Below are positions 45,401 through 53,810 of a stretch of 64,000 nt of DNA, piece after piece. The position numbers and the translations under genes are program-made. Within the stretch, counting starts at the first letter, position 1. Every line of letters begins with the position of its first letter. Source of the DNA: a virus. Taxonomy: Duplodnaviria; Caudoviricetes. The notes below the pieces were generated by a model. That model was not told the DNA's origin. It saw only the letters and a program-made list of their open reading frames with translations, and ran no database searches. The DNA lies in the IMG/VR virus record IMGVR_UViG_3300006133_000004, positions 1 through 64,000 of that record; one strand, written 5' to 3'.

Positions 45401-46595
45401 CATCGCCAGTATGCACCCGTCGAGCATCATTGCCGAAGTCCTGTTTGGTCCTGAATTCACTAAACGGTTCCAGGAAATCCGTGATGCCCGCGTGGCCATC
45501 AAGCATAAGGACTTCGAGAAAGCGAAGAAGATGCTGAATGGTGCGTTGGCGAAGTACCTGACGGATGAAGGAGCAGCTACTGACTTGGCTCAGGCTCTGA
45601 AAATCGCCATCAACTCGGTGTATGGACTGACCTCAGCCAGTTTCGAGAATCCCTTCCGGGACAACCGGAACAAAGACAATATCGTTGCCAAGCGCGGAGC
45701 CCTGTTCATGGTCAACCTCAAGCATGAGGTCCAGAAACGGGGCTTTACTGTTGCCCACATCAAGACCGACTCCATCAAGATCCCCGATGCTACTCCGGAA
45801 ATCATCAAGTTCGTCATGGACTACGGCGAGAAGTACGGCTACACCTTTGAGCATGAGGCTACTTATGACCGGATGTGCTTGGTGAACAACGCCGTCTATA
45901 TCGCCAAGTATAAGGATGGTAAGCACGCCGGCGAGTGGACGGCCACAGGGACTCAGTTTCAGATTCCGTATGTGTTCAAGAAACTGTTCAGCCGTGAGGC
46001 GATCACCTTCGAGGATATGTGCGAGACCAAGAGCGTGACCAGTGCTCTCTATCTGGACATGAATGAGGATTTGCCTGACGTTTCTGAGTATGAGAAAGAA
46101 GCTGGCATCCGTGTCAAGATTGCCAACTGGGATTACAACAGAGACGGACGTACACCGCCGAATCAAATCATGCCTGATATTTCAGATGAGGAGCTGGCGA
46201 CCAAGATCGCTGACGGCCACAGTTATACCTTTATTGGAAAGGTTGGGCAGTTCTGTCCGATCAAGCCTGGCTGCAATGGCGGCTTGCTGCTGCGGGAAGT
46301 CATTGACAAGAAGACTGGCGCAAAGAGCTATGCTGCGGCCACCGGGGCGAAAGGCTACCGTTGGCTGGAGTCCGAGATGGTCAAACAACTGGAGAAAGAG
46401 GACGGCATCGACCGAGGCTATTATGATGCTATGGTCGACGAAGCGGTTCATGATATTTCTCAGTATGGCGACTTCGAGTGGTTCGTGTCTGATGACCCCT
46501 ATGTTCAGCCGAACCCTTCGGACGATATTCCGCCTTGGGAGACCCCCGGTGAACCTTGGCAGGCTGAACCGGCAACGGCGTTTGACGTGCGATGA
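42447..46595 (+). CDS. Fused replicase: SF3/D5-like helicase + AEP primase + 3'-5' exonuclease + family B DNA polymerase (1382 aa)
   Basis: Walker A GAVGTGKS; IVIDFD...SKSGCGIHLHY (AEP); FYDVEVF and GFNCRRYD (exonuclease); LLDIASMHPS, KIAINSVYG and HIKTDS (PolB). Confidence 0.88.
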   Translation: MLDFLMISTRPGKRGIIEIYPRFIIKKSSDLMIRGGDFYAVWVDDRGLWSTDEQDAVDLIDRELDQYAEENRQRFDNNIRVLHMWDAETGMIDSWHKYCQKQMKDQFHMLDEELIFANTKTGKRDYASKSLSYPLEPGETPAWEKLISTLYSPEERHKIEWCIGSIVTGASKRLQKFMVFYGAVGTGKSTIINVIQQLFDGYYTSFNAKDLGSSSNAFALEAFRSNPLVAIQHDGDLSRIEDNTRINSLVSHELMTVNEKFRSAYSNRFKAFLIMGTNKPVKITDAKSGIIRRLIDVSPTGDKVPPGEYRTLTKQIPFELGGIAYHCQEVYLEDPDYYDDYIPISMLGASNDFYNFVVDSYHVFKREDGVSLKSAWEMYKTYCDDAKVLYPLSRMIFKEELRNYFREYEERFNMEDGTRVRSYYHGFRTEKFEEPASDEKEGAASARNTDCQPTIEFAEGVSSVFDACCMDCPAQYAGEEGTPQRKWERVRTKLSQLDTSKLHYVKLPENHIVIDFDIPDEQGNKSFERNLAEASKWPATYAEVSKSGCGIHLHYIYSGDATRLSRIYDDHIEIKVFTGNSSLRRKLSKCNNLPIATISSGLPLKGENNVVNAKVVQSEKGLRLQIKRNLNKEIHPATKPSIDFIYKILTDAYESGMTYDVTDMRNAVLAFAANSSNQAEYCIKLVNKMPFKSAEDGPAVKNDEAKLVFYDVEVFPNLFLVNWKIEGPTQPVVRMINPKPQEIEELMKFRLVGFNCRRYDNHILYARLMGYTEEQLYNLSQKIISSEKKAKSNNCFFGEAYNVSYTDVYDFCSKKQSLKKWEIELGIHHQELGLPWDQPVPEHLWQKVAEYCDNDVIATEAVFNARKADFVAREILADVAGMTVNDTTNTLTTKIIFGGNKKPQDQFNYRDMGDTNQIYDPDRDLPFEMGPKEFDEFTAFDKKGRPIFPGYKFENGKSIYRGEEVGEGGYVYAEPGMYGNIALLDIASMHPSSIIAEVLFGPEFTKRFQEIRDARVAIKHKDFEKAKKMLNGALAKYLTDEGAATDLAQALKIAINSVYGLTSASFENPFRDNRNKDNIVAKRGALFMVNLKHEVQKRGFTVAHIKTDSIKIPDATPEIIKFVMDYGEKYGYTFEHEATYDRMCLVNNAVYIAKYKDGKHAGEWTATGTQFQIPYVFKKLFSREAITFEDMCETKSVTSALYLDMNEDLPDVSEYEKEAGIRVKIANWDYNRDGRTPPNQIMPDISDEELATKIADGHSYTFIGKVGQFCPIKPGCNGGLLLREVIDKKTGAKSYAAATGAKGYRWLESEMVKQLEKEDGIDRGYYDAMVDEAVHDISQYGDFEWFVSDDPYVQPNPSDDIPPWETPGEPWQAEPATAFDVR

Positions 46596-46675
46596 CACGC
46601 CAAAACAACAATCCATGTGACGGAGAGGATGCCATAATCGGCGTCCTCTTTATATTTTGAAAGGAGAAAACAGAT

Positions 46676-46876
46676 ATGAGCAAGTTTGTTCAGTTCCTCG
46701 CGAAAGGCATCATCTATGACCGGGACAAGAAGGGCCGTCCTTGCGGTGTGAAGTGCACCATCAAGGGGGGGGGCGTAACGCTCGGCAACGCTAACCTGAT
46801 GGGTAAGGTCTTCATGCAGTGCCCGGATCTGCTGCCTTGCGACTGGGTGGAGGTTGAGACCTGCCCCATCGGGTAA
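46676..46876 (+). CDS. Small hypothetical protein
   Basis: AAAGGAG RBS, 66 aa. Confidence 0.6.
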   Translation: MSKFVQFLAKGIIYDRDKKGRPCGVKCTIKGGGVTLGNANLMGKVFMQCPDLLPCDWVEVETCPIG

Positions 46877-46912
46877 TTCAACTATCAACAATCATCGAAA
46901 GGAGTTTTTCAC

Positions 46913-47404
46913 ATGGCTAACCCCAGAGTCACCGAAAACATCAAAATCGAGAACGCGCACATCCTGTTCCGGAACTTCTCCGGCCGGGAGAGTAAGTACA
47001 ACCGCGCCGGTCAGCGCAACTTCTGCGTCTACATCGACGACCCTGATCTGGCTCAGCGTCTCATCGACGACGGCTGGAACATCCGTGTTCGTGAACCGCG
47101 GGAGGAGGGCGAGGCCCCGAGGCACTACCTCCAGGTCGCTGTCAGCTTCGATAACATCCCGCCCACGGTGTATATGCTCACCAAGCGGAAGAAGGTCAAG
47201 CTGGATGAGGAGTCCATCGATACCCTGGACTTTGCCGAGATCCGCAATATCGACCTGACCATCCGTCCCTATAACTGGATTATCCAGGAGGGCACAAAGA
47301 ATGAAAAGAGCGGCGTCAAAGCCTATCTGCGGACGATGTACGTCATCATTGATGAGGACGAGTTCGCGGAGAAGTACGCCGGCGACGAGTATCCCCAGGA
47401 GTAA
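46913..47404 (+). CDS. Putative single-stranded DNA-binding protein
   Basis: Beta-rich aromatic pattern (FRNFSG...RNFCV...WNIR), acidic tail, next to the polymerase. Confidence 0.6.
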   Translation: MANPRVTENIKIENAHILFRNFSGRESKYNRAGQRNFCVYIDDPDLAQRLIDDGWNIRVREPREEGEAPRHYLQVAVSFDNIPPTVYMLTKRKKVKLDEESIDTLDFAEIRNIDLTIRPYNWIIQEGTKNEKSGVKAYLRTMYVIIDEDEFAEKYAGDEYPQE

Positions 47405-47482
47405 GGCATGTGCAGGGGCGCTGGTTAGGAGGTGACTGGCGCTCCTGCTCTTCGCTTTATATTTGAAAGGAGAAAAGTTCAA

Positions 47483-47851
47483 GTGACCATAGACTATTCA
47501 CACTGCAACCAAGCCTTTGTTGATGGTTTGTGGGCGTTCTTGGAATACACTGAACCAAATTCATTACGAACACAACCAAAAGAGGGCCTGATGGTTCGCA
47601 GATGTTTACAGAAGGGAGACTTTGAAAAGCGTTGCATTCAAAGATGGGCTATCTCCGAATTGGCGGACTCGATCATTAAAAATCCATACGAACCCGTTGA
47701 AGACACAACTTACAAGCTCGCATTAAAGCTGTATTCTTTTGAAAAAGCGGCTATTAGCGAGAATGTAAAAAAGGTATTCCGCACTGCAGCAGAATTTATC
47801 GACAATGAGGTTATCGGAATTTTTAGAACGAGGGAGGGAATATACCCATGA
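47483..47851 (+). CDS. Helical hypothetical protein
   Basis: GTG start, AAAGGAG RBS; QRWAISEL...P...VFRTAAE. Confidence 0.65.
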   Translation: MTIDYSHCNQAFVDGLWAFLEYTEPNSLRTQPKEGLMVRRCLQKGDFEKRCIQRWAISELADSIIKNPYEPVEDTTYKLALKLYSFEKAAISENVKKVFRTAAEFIDNEVIGIFRTREGIYP

Positions 47852-48327
47852 AGAAATCTTTCTGGCGACATTTTCAGCTCCCAAGAAAACGCAAACCAAA
47901 ACCCAAGGCAGAATTGGTGGTGTATAAGCCACCTAAAAAGCACATGACGGAACCTGACCGTTGGAAGCCGCCATTTGCAACGACCAAGGAGGCTCCGCCT
48001 CTCAAAGTTGAGAATCAGGACTTAATTGTTCTGAACGAAACGATAGGATTTGACCTTGGCAAGGTTACGGCGACAGTCGGCATTATGCTGCAAGCGAGAA
48101 TGGACTATACCTTTCAGCTGTTTGTAGACGAATGCCTCGAACGTTTTAAGGCGCAGGATTGGGGCGGCGTAAACGAAAAAGAAAGGCGGTTGAATGACCT
48201 CAGAGTCACAGCACGGACTGGGACTATTTGCGGCATCTACACTGAACTCGGCTCTGGAGTGCAAATCTGGATCGCAACTGACTTGGATCAGGGTATCACA
48301 AGGATTTGTCTCTCTGACGAACGCTGA
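47848..48327 (+). CDS. Hypothetical protein with basic N-terminus and DWG...IWI.TD domain
   Basis: C-terminal pattern resembles a plasmid/ICE-associated family; AT-richer region. Confidence 0.6.
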   Translation: MKKSFWRHFQLPRKRKPKPKAELVVYKPPKKHMTEPDRWKPPFATTKEAPPLKVENQDLIVLNETIGFDLGKVTATVGIMLQARMDYTFQLFVDECLERFKAQDWGGVNEKERRLNDLRVTARTGTICGIYTELGSGVQIWIATDLDQGITRICLSDER

Positions 48328-48340
48328 AAGAGGTGTGGTT

Positions 48341-49366
48341 ATGAAACCGTTTTGGCAGAGATCGCCCAAGAAAAGTAAGAAGAAAAAGCGAAAGCCCAAG
48401 GCTGCACCACAAGGAAAAGCTTTGCAGACAATTCCTAAATCAAAACCGACGCCTTGGGTTCCGCCACATCCGGTAATACCGAGCTCGCCCTCAATAGAGG
48501 GTAAATTTCTCGCAAAACCGTCCGTAACATATCAGGTGCCGGCTGTCCAGGAGGTTAAAGAGGACACACCGAGCCCATCTTCTCCAAAGTCAAAGGTGAT
48601 TCATCATAGAAATGAGCATATACGAAAAGAGTTCATGAAAACATTTCAGAGCCTTACTAATCGTTGGCGGTCCTGGGATATTTGGACCGACTTCATTACT
48701 ATGACAGCTTGCGCTATTTCCAACTCAGTAGACAAGCTTCACTTTGACGAGCGGGAAAAGACGTATCTCCGAATCATCAATAAGTATAACAAGCAGGAAC
48801 GGAAACTCTTTCCACAACTATTTACCTATGTGGTGCTCGCTTTGGAAGAAAATCCTGACCAAGACTTCCTTGGCGATATTTACACCGAACTTGGCTTGAA
48901 TAGCAAGGAACACAGACAGATATTTACACCGTACAATGTCTGTTACTTCATGGCCGAGGTTACGATTGGCGATCTCGCAAAGCAGGTTGAAGAAAAAGGC
49001 GTCGTTGAGATTCATGACTGCTGTTGTGGAGCTGGAGCAACACTCATTGCTGCTGTAAATGTAGCAAAAGAAAAGCTTTATGAAACCGACTTCAACTACC
49101 AGAATCATATTTTGGTTACCGGCCAAGACATCGACTACCTCGTTACCATGATGTGCTACATCCAGCTCTCACTTCTCGGCGTGGCCGGATATTTTAAGGT
49201 GGGCAACGCCCTTACTGAGCCGATGACAGACCATGATGATTTAAGTACCTATTGGTTCACACCGATGTATTTCTTCCCTGTTTGGCATTACCGGAGAATT
49301 TGGCATAGCATAGACAAGTTGTTTGAACCAAATAAGAGCGACGACGTTGAAACCAAAGGAGAATGA
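48341..49366 (+). CDS. N-6 DNA methylase-like protein lacking an evident NPPY motif
   Basis: DFLGDIY...QIFTPYNV, SAM-binding DCCCGAG, QDID...MCYIQLSL; GAGGTG RBS. Confidence 0.72.
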   Translation: MKPFWQRSPKKSKKKKRKPKAAPQGKALQTIPKSKPTPWVPPHPVIPSSPSIEGKFLAKPSVTYQVPAVQEVKEDTPSPSSPKSKVIHHRNEHIRKEFMKTFQSLTNRWRSWDIWTDFITMTACAISNSVDKLHFDEREKTYLRIINKYNKQERKLFPQLFTYVVLALEENPDQDFLGDIYTELGLNSKEHRQIFTPYNVCYFMAEVTIGDLAKQVEEKGVVEIHDCCCGAGATLIAAVNVAKEKLYETDFNYQNHILVTGQDIDYLVTMMCYIQLSLLGVAGYFKVGNALTEPMTDHDDLSTYWFTPMYFFPVWHYRRIWHSIDKLFEPNKSDDVETKGE

Positions 49367-49370
49367 ATCC

Positions 49371-49574
49371 ATGCAGGCTTTTACAAAAACCGAAATCTCA
49401 TGGTTAATTATTGAGCTCGATAAGCAGGCTGCAATTCTCAATTTGGATGCCAAAGACCCTATCAATAAAAGCATTTCTGAAACTTATCGGCTCAGATCGG
49501 AACAGTACGCTGATATTTCTCGGCGACTTCGCCTGGCCCTTAAAGAGGGCAGTAAACGAATTGAAATCAAGTAA
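49371..49574 (+). CDS. Small hypothetical protein
   Basis: AAGGAG RBS. Confidence 0.55.
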   Translation: MQAFTKTEISWLIIELDKQAAILNLDAKDPINKSISETYRLRSEQYADISRRLRLALKEGSKRIEIK

Positions 49575-49633
49575 ATCTGTTATTAAGCAGCTAATCAGAG
49601 CTGCTTATATTTTTGAAAGGAGAAAAAACAACT

Positions 49634-50149
49634 ATGAGCACTAACCATATGCCTCCCCTTGAAGTGATCGAGCAGGGGTTGAAGGACGACGATTGCGATG
49701 TCCGGGCTGCGGCCATGAACGCCTGCCAGGGCCGGGAGGTGCCCCTTGAAGTGATCGAGCAGGGGTTGAAGGACGACGATTGTGATGTCCGGGCTGCGGC
49801 CATGAACGCCTGCAAAGTAAACAATATGCCGATTCCGGTGATTCGGACGATTGAACCGCCCAAGCTGGTCTACAAGAAGTGCGTCGGCGGCATTATTGTT
49901 GTTGCCTCTATTCCCCAGGACGCCCAGGTTCGTGGCAGTATCGGTCACAAGTGCCGGGCCAGCAAAGCAGTCATCAAAGAAATCATCGGTGATCTCTGCG
50001 GAGAGCGAGTCGGGATTTCTAAGTATGACCTGAGGACTCTTTACTATGCTGGGGACGAGGTTGAAATCGACAACTTCGATTTCAGTAATGAGGAATGCTC
50101 CACCGGCTTCCACTTCTTCTGCACAATCGAAGAGGCCCGGAACTACTAA
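49634..50149 (+). CDS. HEAT-like repeat + DUF5758-like protein
   Basis: Two LKDDDCDVRAAA repeats; YKKC...IPQDAQV...KCRASKA...ECSTGFHFF C-terminal domain. Confidence 0.7.
   Translation: MSTNHMPPLEVIEQGLKDDDCDVRAAAMNACQGREVPLEVIEQGLKDDDCDVRAAAMNACKVNNMPIPVIRTIEPPKLVYKKCVGGIIVVASIPQDAQVRGSIGHKCRASKAVIKEIIGDLCGERVGISKYDLRTLYYAGDEVEIDNFDFSNEECSTGFHFFCTIEEARNY
49655..49813 (+). repeat. 72-bp near-perfect duplication, 87-bp period
   Basis: 49655-49726 versus 49742-49813 differ at one base. Confidence 0.9.
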
Positions 50150-50168
50150 GCATTAGGAGGGGATTCAA

Positions 50169-50617
50169 ATTTTAAGTCAGGCACTATTCTCTACGGGCAA
50201 GAATGACTGGGCAACTCCGCAGGAACTCTTTAACGAGCTCGATGCGGAGTTTCATTTTACGCTCGATCCTTGTGCAACTCCGGAAACGGCAAAATGCGCA
50301 AAATTTTACACGGAAGAAGACAACGGTCTTGCCCAAGATTGGACTGGAGAGACAGTGTTCTGCAACCCTCCCTACTCTGACCAGCAGCAAACCGAATGGG
50401 TTAAAAAATGCTATGAACATGGAGTTCGGGGGGGGTAGCAGTTATGCTGATACCAGCCAGAACCGATACGAAACGTTTTCACGAATACATTTATGGAAAT
50501 GCAGAGATACGGTTCATCAAAGGCCGGTTGAAGTTCGGCGGGTGTGAAAACTCTGCACCCTTCCCCTCCATGATCGTTGTGTTTGGAAAAGATCCTATTG
50601 AAAGGAGGACGCGGCCA
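50169..50617 (+). pseudogene. Phage Dam-type N6-adenine DNA methyltransferase, split at G8 tract 50428-50435
   Basis: First frame: DWATPQELF...LDPCA...FCNPPY, stopping at 50436. Second frame: VAVMLIPARTD...GRLKF...APFPS. One extra G joins them; only ATT is available as a start. Confidence 0.78.
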
Positions 50618-51859
50618 ATGGGGCGCATCAATCTCCGTGACTACCAGCTTGACGCTATTAAGCGGATGAAAAATGGATGCATCCTGTGTGGCGGTGTCGG
50701 AAGCGGTAAATCACGCACTTCCCTTGCATACTATTACGATTTGCAAGGCGGCGATCTTCTTGCGCCAGATGAAGTCGCTATGAAGAACCCGCAAAACCTC
50801 TATATCATTACGACCGCTCGGAAACGGGACACCTGCGAGTGGGAGGGGGAACTGGCTCCGTTCCTCCTCTCTACTCATCCTGACTGCAACTACTACAAGA
50901 ATACGGTAGTTGTGGATTCATGGAACAACATTGGAAAATACACGGATGTCAAAGATGCATTCTTTATATTTGATGAACAGCGGGTAGTTGGTTATGGTGC
51001 TTGGACAAAAGCTTTCCTCAAGATTGCCAAGGCCAATAACTGGATTCTGCTATCCGCTACTCCCGGGGACACTTGGCAGGACTACATTCCAGTCTTCATC
51101 GCCAATGGGTTCTATCGCAACAAGACTGATTTCGTTGACCAGCATGTCAACTATGACTGGCGAGCCAAATACCCGAAGATCGATAGCTATCGGAACACAG
51201 GACGTCTGATCCGGCTTCGCAACAGTATTCTCGTAAACATGGACTTTAAGCGGCAGACTATTTCTCATCATGAGGACATCCCCGTCCCGTATGATATTTC
51301 CAAGTATAAGGACATCATGCGGAAACGTTGGAATCCATGGGAAGATCGGCCAATCGAAACGGCAGCGGAGTTGTGTATGGCTCTTCGGCGAGTCGTCAAT
51401 TCCGATGAAGCTCGTTCAGTTGCGACGCTTGAAATCTTGGAAGACCACCCCAAGGCCATTATCTTTTACAGCTATGACTATGAGCTGGAGATTCTTCGCT
51501 CCCTTGGATATTCGGAGGGTACGGAGATAGCGGAGTGGAACGGTCATAAGCATCAGGAGATCCCGACAAGCGACAAATGGGTCTATCTTGTCCAGTACAC
51601 GGCTGGCTGCGAAGGGTGGAACTGCATCACAACCGATACCATTATATTCTACTCCCAGCAGTATTCGTACAAGGTGGCGACGCAAGCAGCCGGACGAATT
51701 GACCGACTCAACACCCCATACCAAGATTTGCACTACTACCATCTGAAGAGTTTCTCTGGAATCGACCTCGCTATCAGCAAAGCCCTTAAACAGAAGAAGA
51801 ACTTCAACGAGGGTAAGTTTGTTGGCTGGGCCACCAAGCCGATGCCAAGAGCCGCATAA
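50618..51859 (+). CDS. SF2 (SNF2-like) helicase
   Basis: LRDYQ, GGVGSGKS, FIFDE, LLSATP, EGWN...QAAGRIDR; own AGGAGG RBS. Confidence 0.88.
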   Translation: MGRINLRDYQLDAIKRMKNGCILCGGVGSGKSRTSLAYYYDLQGGDLLAPDEVAMKNPQNLYIITTARKRDTCEWEGELAPFLLSTHPDCNYYKNTVVVDSWNNIGKYTDVKDAFFIFDEQRVVGYGAWTKAFLKIAKANNWILLSATPGDTWQDYIPVFIANGFYRNKTDFVDQHVNYDWRAKYPKIDSYRNTGRLIRLRNSILVNMDFKRQTISHHEDIPVPYDISKYKDIMRKRWNPWEDRPIETAAELCMALRRVVNSDEARSVATLEILEDHPKAIIFYSYDYELEILRSLGYSEGTEIAEWNGHKHQEIPTSDKWVYLVQYTAGCEGWNCITTDTIIFYSQQYSYKVATQAAGRIDRLNTPYQDLHYYHLKSFSGIDLAISKALKQKKNFNEGKFVGWATKPMPRAA

Positions 51860-51932
51860 TTTGCAAGTCCTATTACGGAGGAGATGCTACATAGCGTCTT
51901 CTTTTATATTTTATGAAAGGAGGCGAAATGCC

Positions 51933-53231
51933 TTGCAACAGCAGCCTGACCTTGAAGTCAAGGCGTTCTTTGACACTTTGTCTGGCACAGCATCTATCAA
52001 GGCAAAAAAGCAGCTCCTCGCCGAGAAGCGGAATGATGGAAATGTCAAGAAATTTCTGGACTATCTGCTGAACCCGTTCTTTGTTACGGGTATCTCTGAG
52101 AAGAAAATTGGCAAATCGGTGACAAAAGCGCCGACTATCCAATTTACCTCATTCCACGAGCTGATGCCCTACATCCGGGAGAACCACACAGCCTCGGATG
52201 ATATTTTGGCAAATGTTCAAGCATTCTTGGAGGGTACGGAGGACGAACTGCGGTCGTTCTACATGGGCATTATCACCAAGACCATTCGGATTGGGTGTGA
52301 TGTCAAGACTGTAAACGACGCATTTAGGTTCGAGCTCATTCCTCAATGGGAAGTGCAGCAGGCTTATCAGATCGGCAAGCTGAAAATGAATGAGAACGAG
52401 TGGTTCAGTTTGAGTCAAAAGCTCAATGGCGTTCGCGGTACCTACTTTGAGGAAAAGCTCATCAGCCGGCAGGGAAAAGAGTTCAATGGACTGGAGCATA
52501 TCCTGGCAGACATCCAAAACCTTATCCCGGATTGTGAGAATTGGGTACTTGACGGAGAGCTGATTCGCAAGAACATCGACCATGTCTCTGATAACGAGAA
52601 CTTTCGGCTGACTACCGGAATCGTCAATCAGGAAGATGGCGATAAGAGTCTGATTCAAATGGTGATCTTTGATATTTTGCCGAAGTCCGAGTTCCTCTAC
52701 GGCGAGAGCAAATTGCGATATCGAGATCGCCTTGAACAGCTAAAGAAGTTGAAACGGCAGATACGGAGACTGGGTCTGTCTGCTCTTCGTGTTGTGGATA
52801 TTCTCTATACCGGAACCGATATGTCCATGATTTCGCCGTATCTGGACCGCATGATTGCCGAAGGCAAAGAGGGCATGATGCTGAACCGTAACTGTAAATA
52901 CTTCAGAAGACGTCACAATGGCATTCTGAAAGTGAAGCAGTTCTATACGGTAGATCTTGAGGTCGTAGACCTTGAAGAGGGGACGGGGCGACTGACCGGA
53001 ACTTTGGGGGCATTCGTTGTGCGCTACAAAGGTAACTACCTACGGGTCGGCTCTGGCATGACCGATGAGCAGCGGAAGCTGTTCTGGAGCGACGGTATCA
53101 GTTTGATCGGGCGTGTCATTGAAGTCAAGTATAAGGACGAAAGCCTTGACAAACGAACAGGTCTTTACAGCCTGCAATTTCCGATCTTTGTCCAACTCCG
53201 TGAACTCGGAAAACAAGAAAGCTACGACTGA
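51933..53231 (+). CDS. lig: ATP-dependent DNA ligase
   Basis: TTG start; QKLNGVRG (motif I), LDGEL, IFDIL, EGMML, LKVK, and C-terminal OB-fold motif LQFPIF. Confidence 0.9.
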   Translation: MQQQPDLEVKAFFDTLSGTASIKAKKQLLAEKRNDGNVKKFLDYLLNPFFVTGISEKKIGKSVTKAPTIQFTSFHELMPYIRENHTASDDILANVQAFLEGTEDELRSFYMGIITKTIRIGCDVKTVNDAFRFELIPQWEVQQAYQIGKLKMNENEWFSLSQKLNGVRGTYFEEKLISRQGKEFNGLEHILADIQNLIPDCENWVLDGELIRKNIDHVSDNENFRLTTGIVNQEDGDKSLIQMVIFDILPKSEFLYGESKLRYRDRLEQLKKLKRQIRRLGLSALRVVDILYTGTDMSMISPYLDRMIAEGKEGMMLNRNCKYFRRRHNGILKVKQFYTVDLEVVDLEEGTGRLTGTLGAFVVRYKGNYLRVGSGMTDEQRKLFWSDGISLIGRVIEVKYKDESLDKRTGLYSLQFPIFVQLRELGKQESYD

Positions 53232-53252
53232 TATTTTAGGAAAGGAGCCGAA

Positions 53253-53628
53253 ATGAGCTGTTGGACTTATGTAACGGGCGTCATCGAAGTCGATACTTGT
53301 GCCAGGAGTGATGCGGAAGCCATGTATCTCGCTCAAACTGTCGTCAACCATCTGCCACATCGTCCTTTCTGAGGATGAGTTAAGTCAACTTCTCAAAACG
53401 GGTCATGTAACTATACACATGTCTCGTGTTCCTTGTACCACAAGCAGATTGGTCTTTAATGACGACGAAGGAAAAATGGAAATCCACGTCAATGAACCTG
53501 TCGCCGACATTGAAGCCGGTGACCACAATGTACAATTCTTGTGTATCAACATTGAGAGAAAGACGGGAAGTGATATCGATGGCTCAGAAAAGAATCAGAA
53601 TGGTACGGACGGACATCTTGAACTGTAA
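53253..53628 (+). pseudogene. Apparent deletion junction: 39-aa N-terminal fragment followed by an out-of-frame ORF
   Basis: RBS-led MSCWTYVTGVIEVDT... stops at 53372; an unrelated frame with no RBS continues to 53628. Confidence 0.4.
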
Positions 53629-53764
53629 AGTCCGACTTCTCTATGATGACGGCAGTCAAGGTGAGCTCGACATGACGAAGGCGAAAGTTTCTACGAGCGA
53701 GGCCGCCTTTGTAGTCGGCATGACTTTGAAGAAAGCCAAGATACGGCTCGGTATCAAGAGTTGA
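53579..53764 (+). CDS. Small hypothetical protein
   Basis: GGGAAG upstream, 61 aa. Confidence 0.5.
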   Translation: MAQKRIRMVRTDILNCKVRLLYDDGSQGELDMTKAKVSTSEAAFVVGMTLKKAKIRLGIKS

Positions 53765-53810
53765 CAGCTTTGGGCCGAACATTATATTCTGTCAGATGGG
53801 AGGTGAAAAA

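Larger units (their letters stand above)
24596..51877 (+). promoter_or_regulatory. Recurrent phage-specific motif CGC(A/C/T)-N7-CA-N7-TTAYG (24 copies), probable phage promoter
   Basis: CGC starts at 24596, 25325, 25630, 25968, 26354, 26508, 26632, 26891, 27241, 27485, 28687, 28992, 29537, 30328, 30848, 31339, 32154, 32444, 32688, 32780, 35442 (TTGTG), 36800, 46598 (TGACG) and 51853. The 16-nt spacing is invariant, all copies are on +, and each is followed by purine-rich sequence. Confidence 0.85.
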
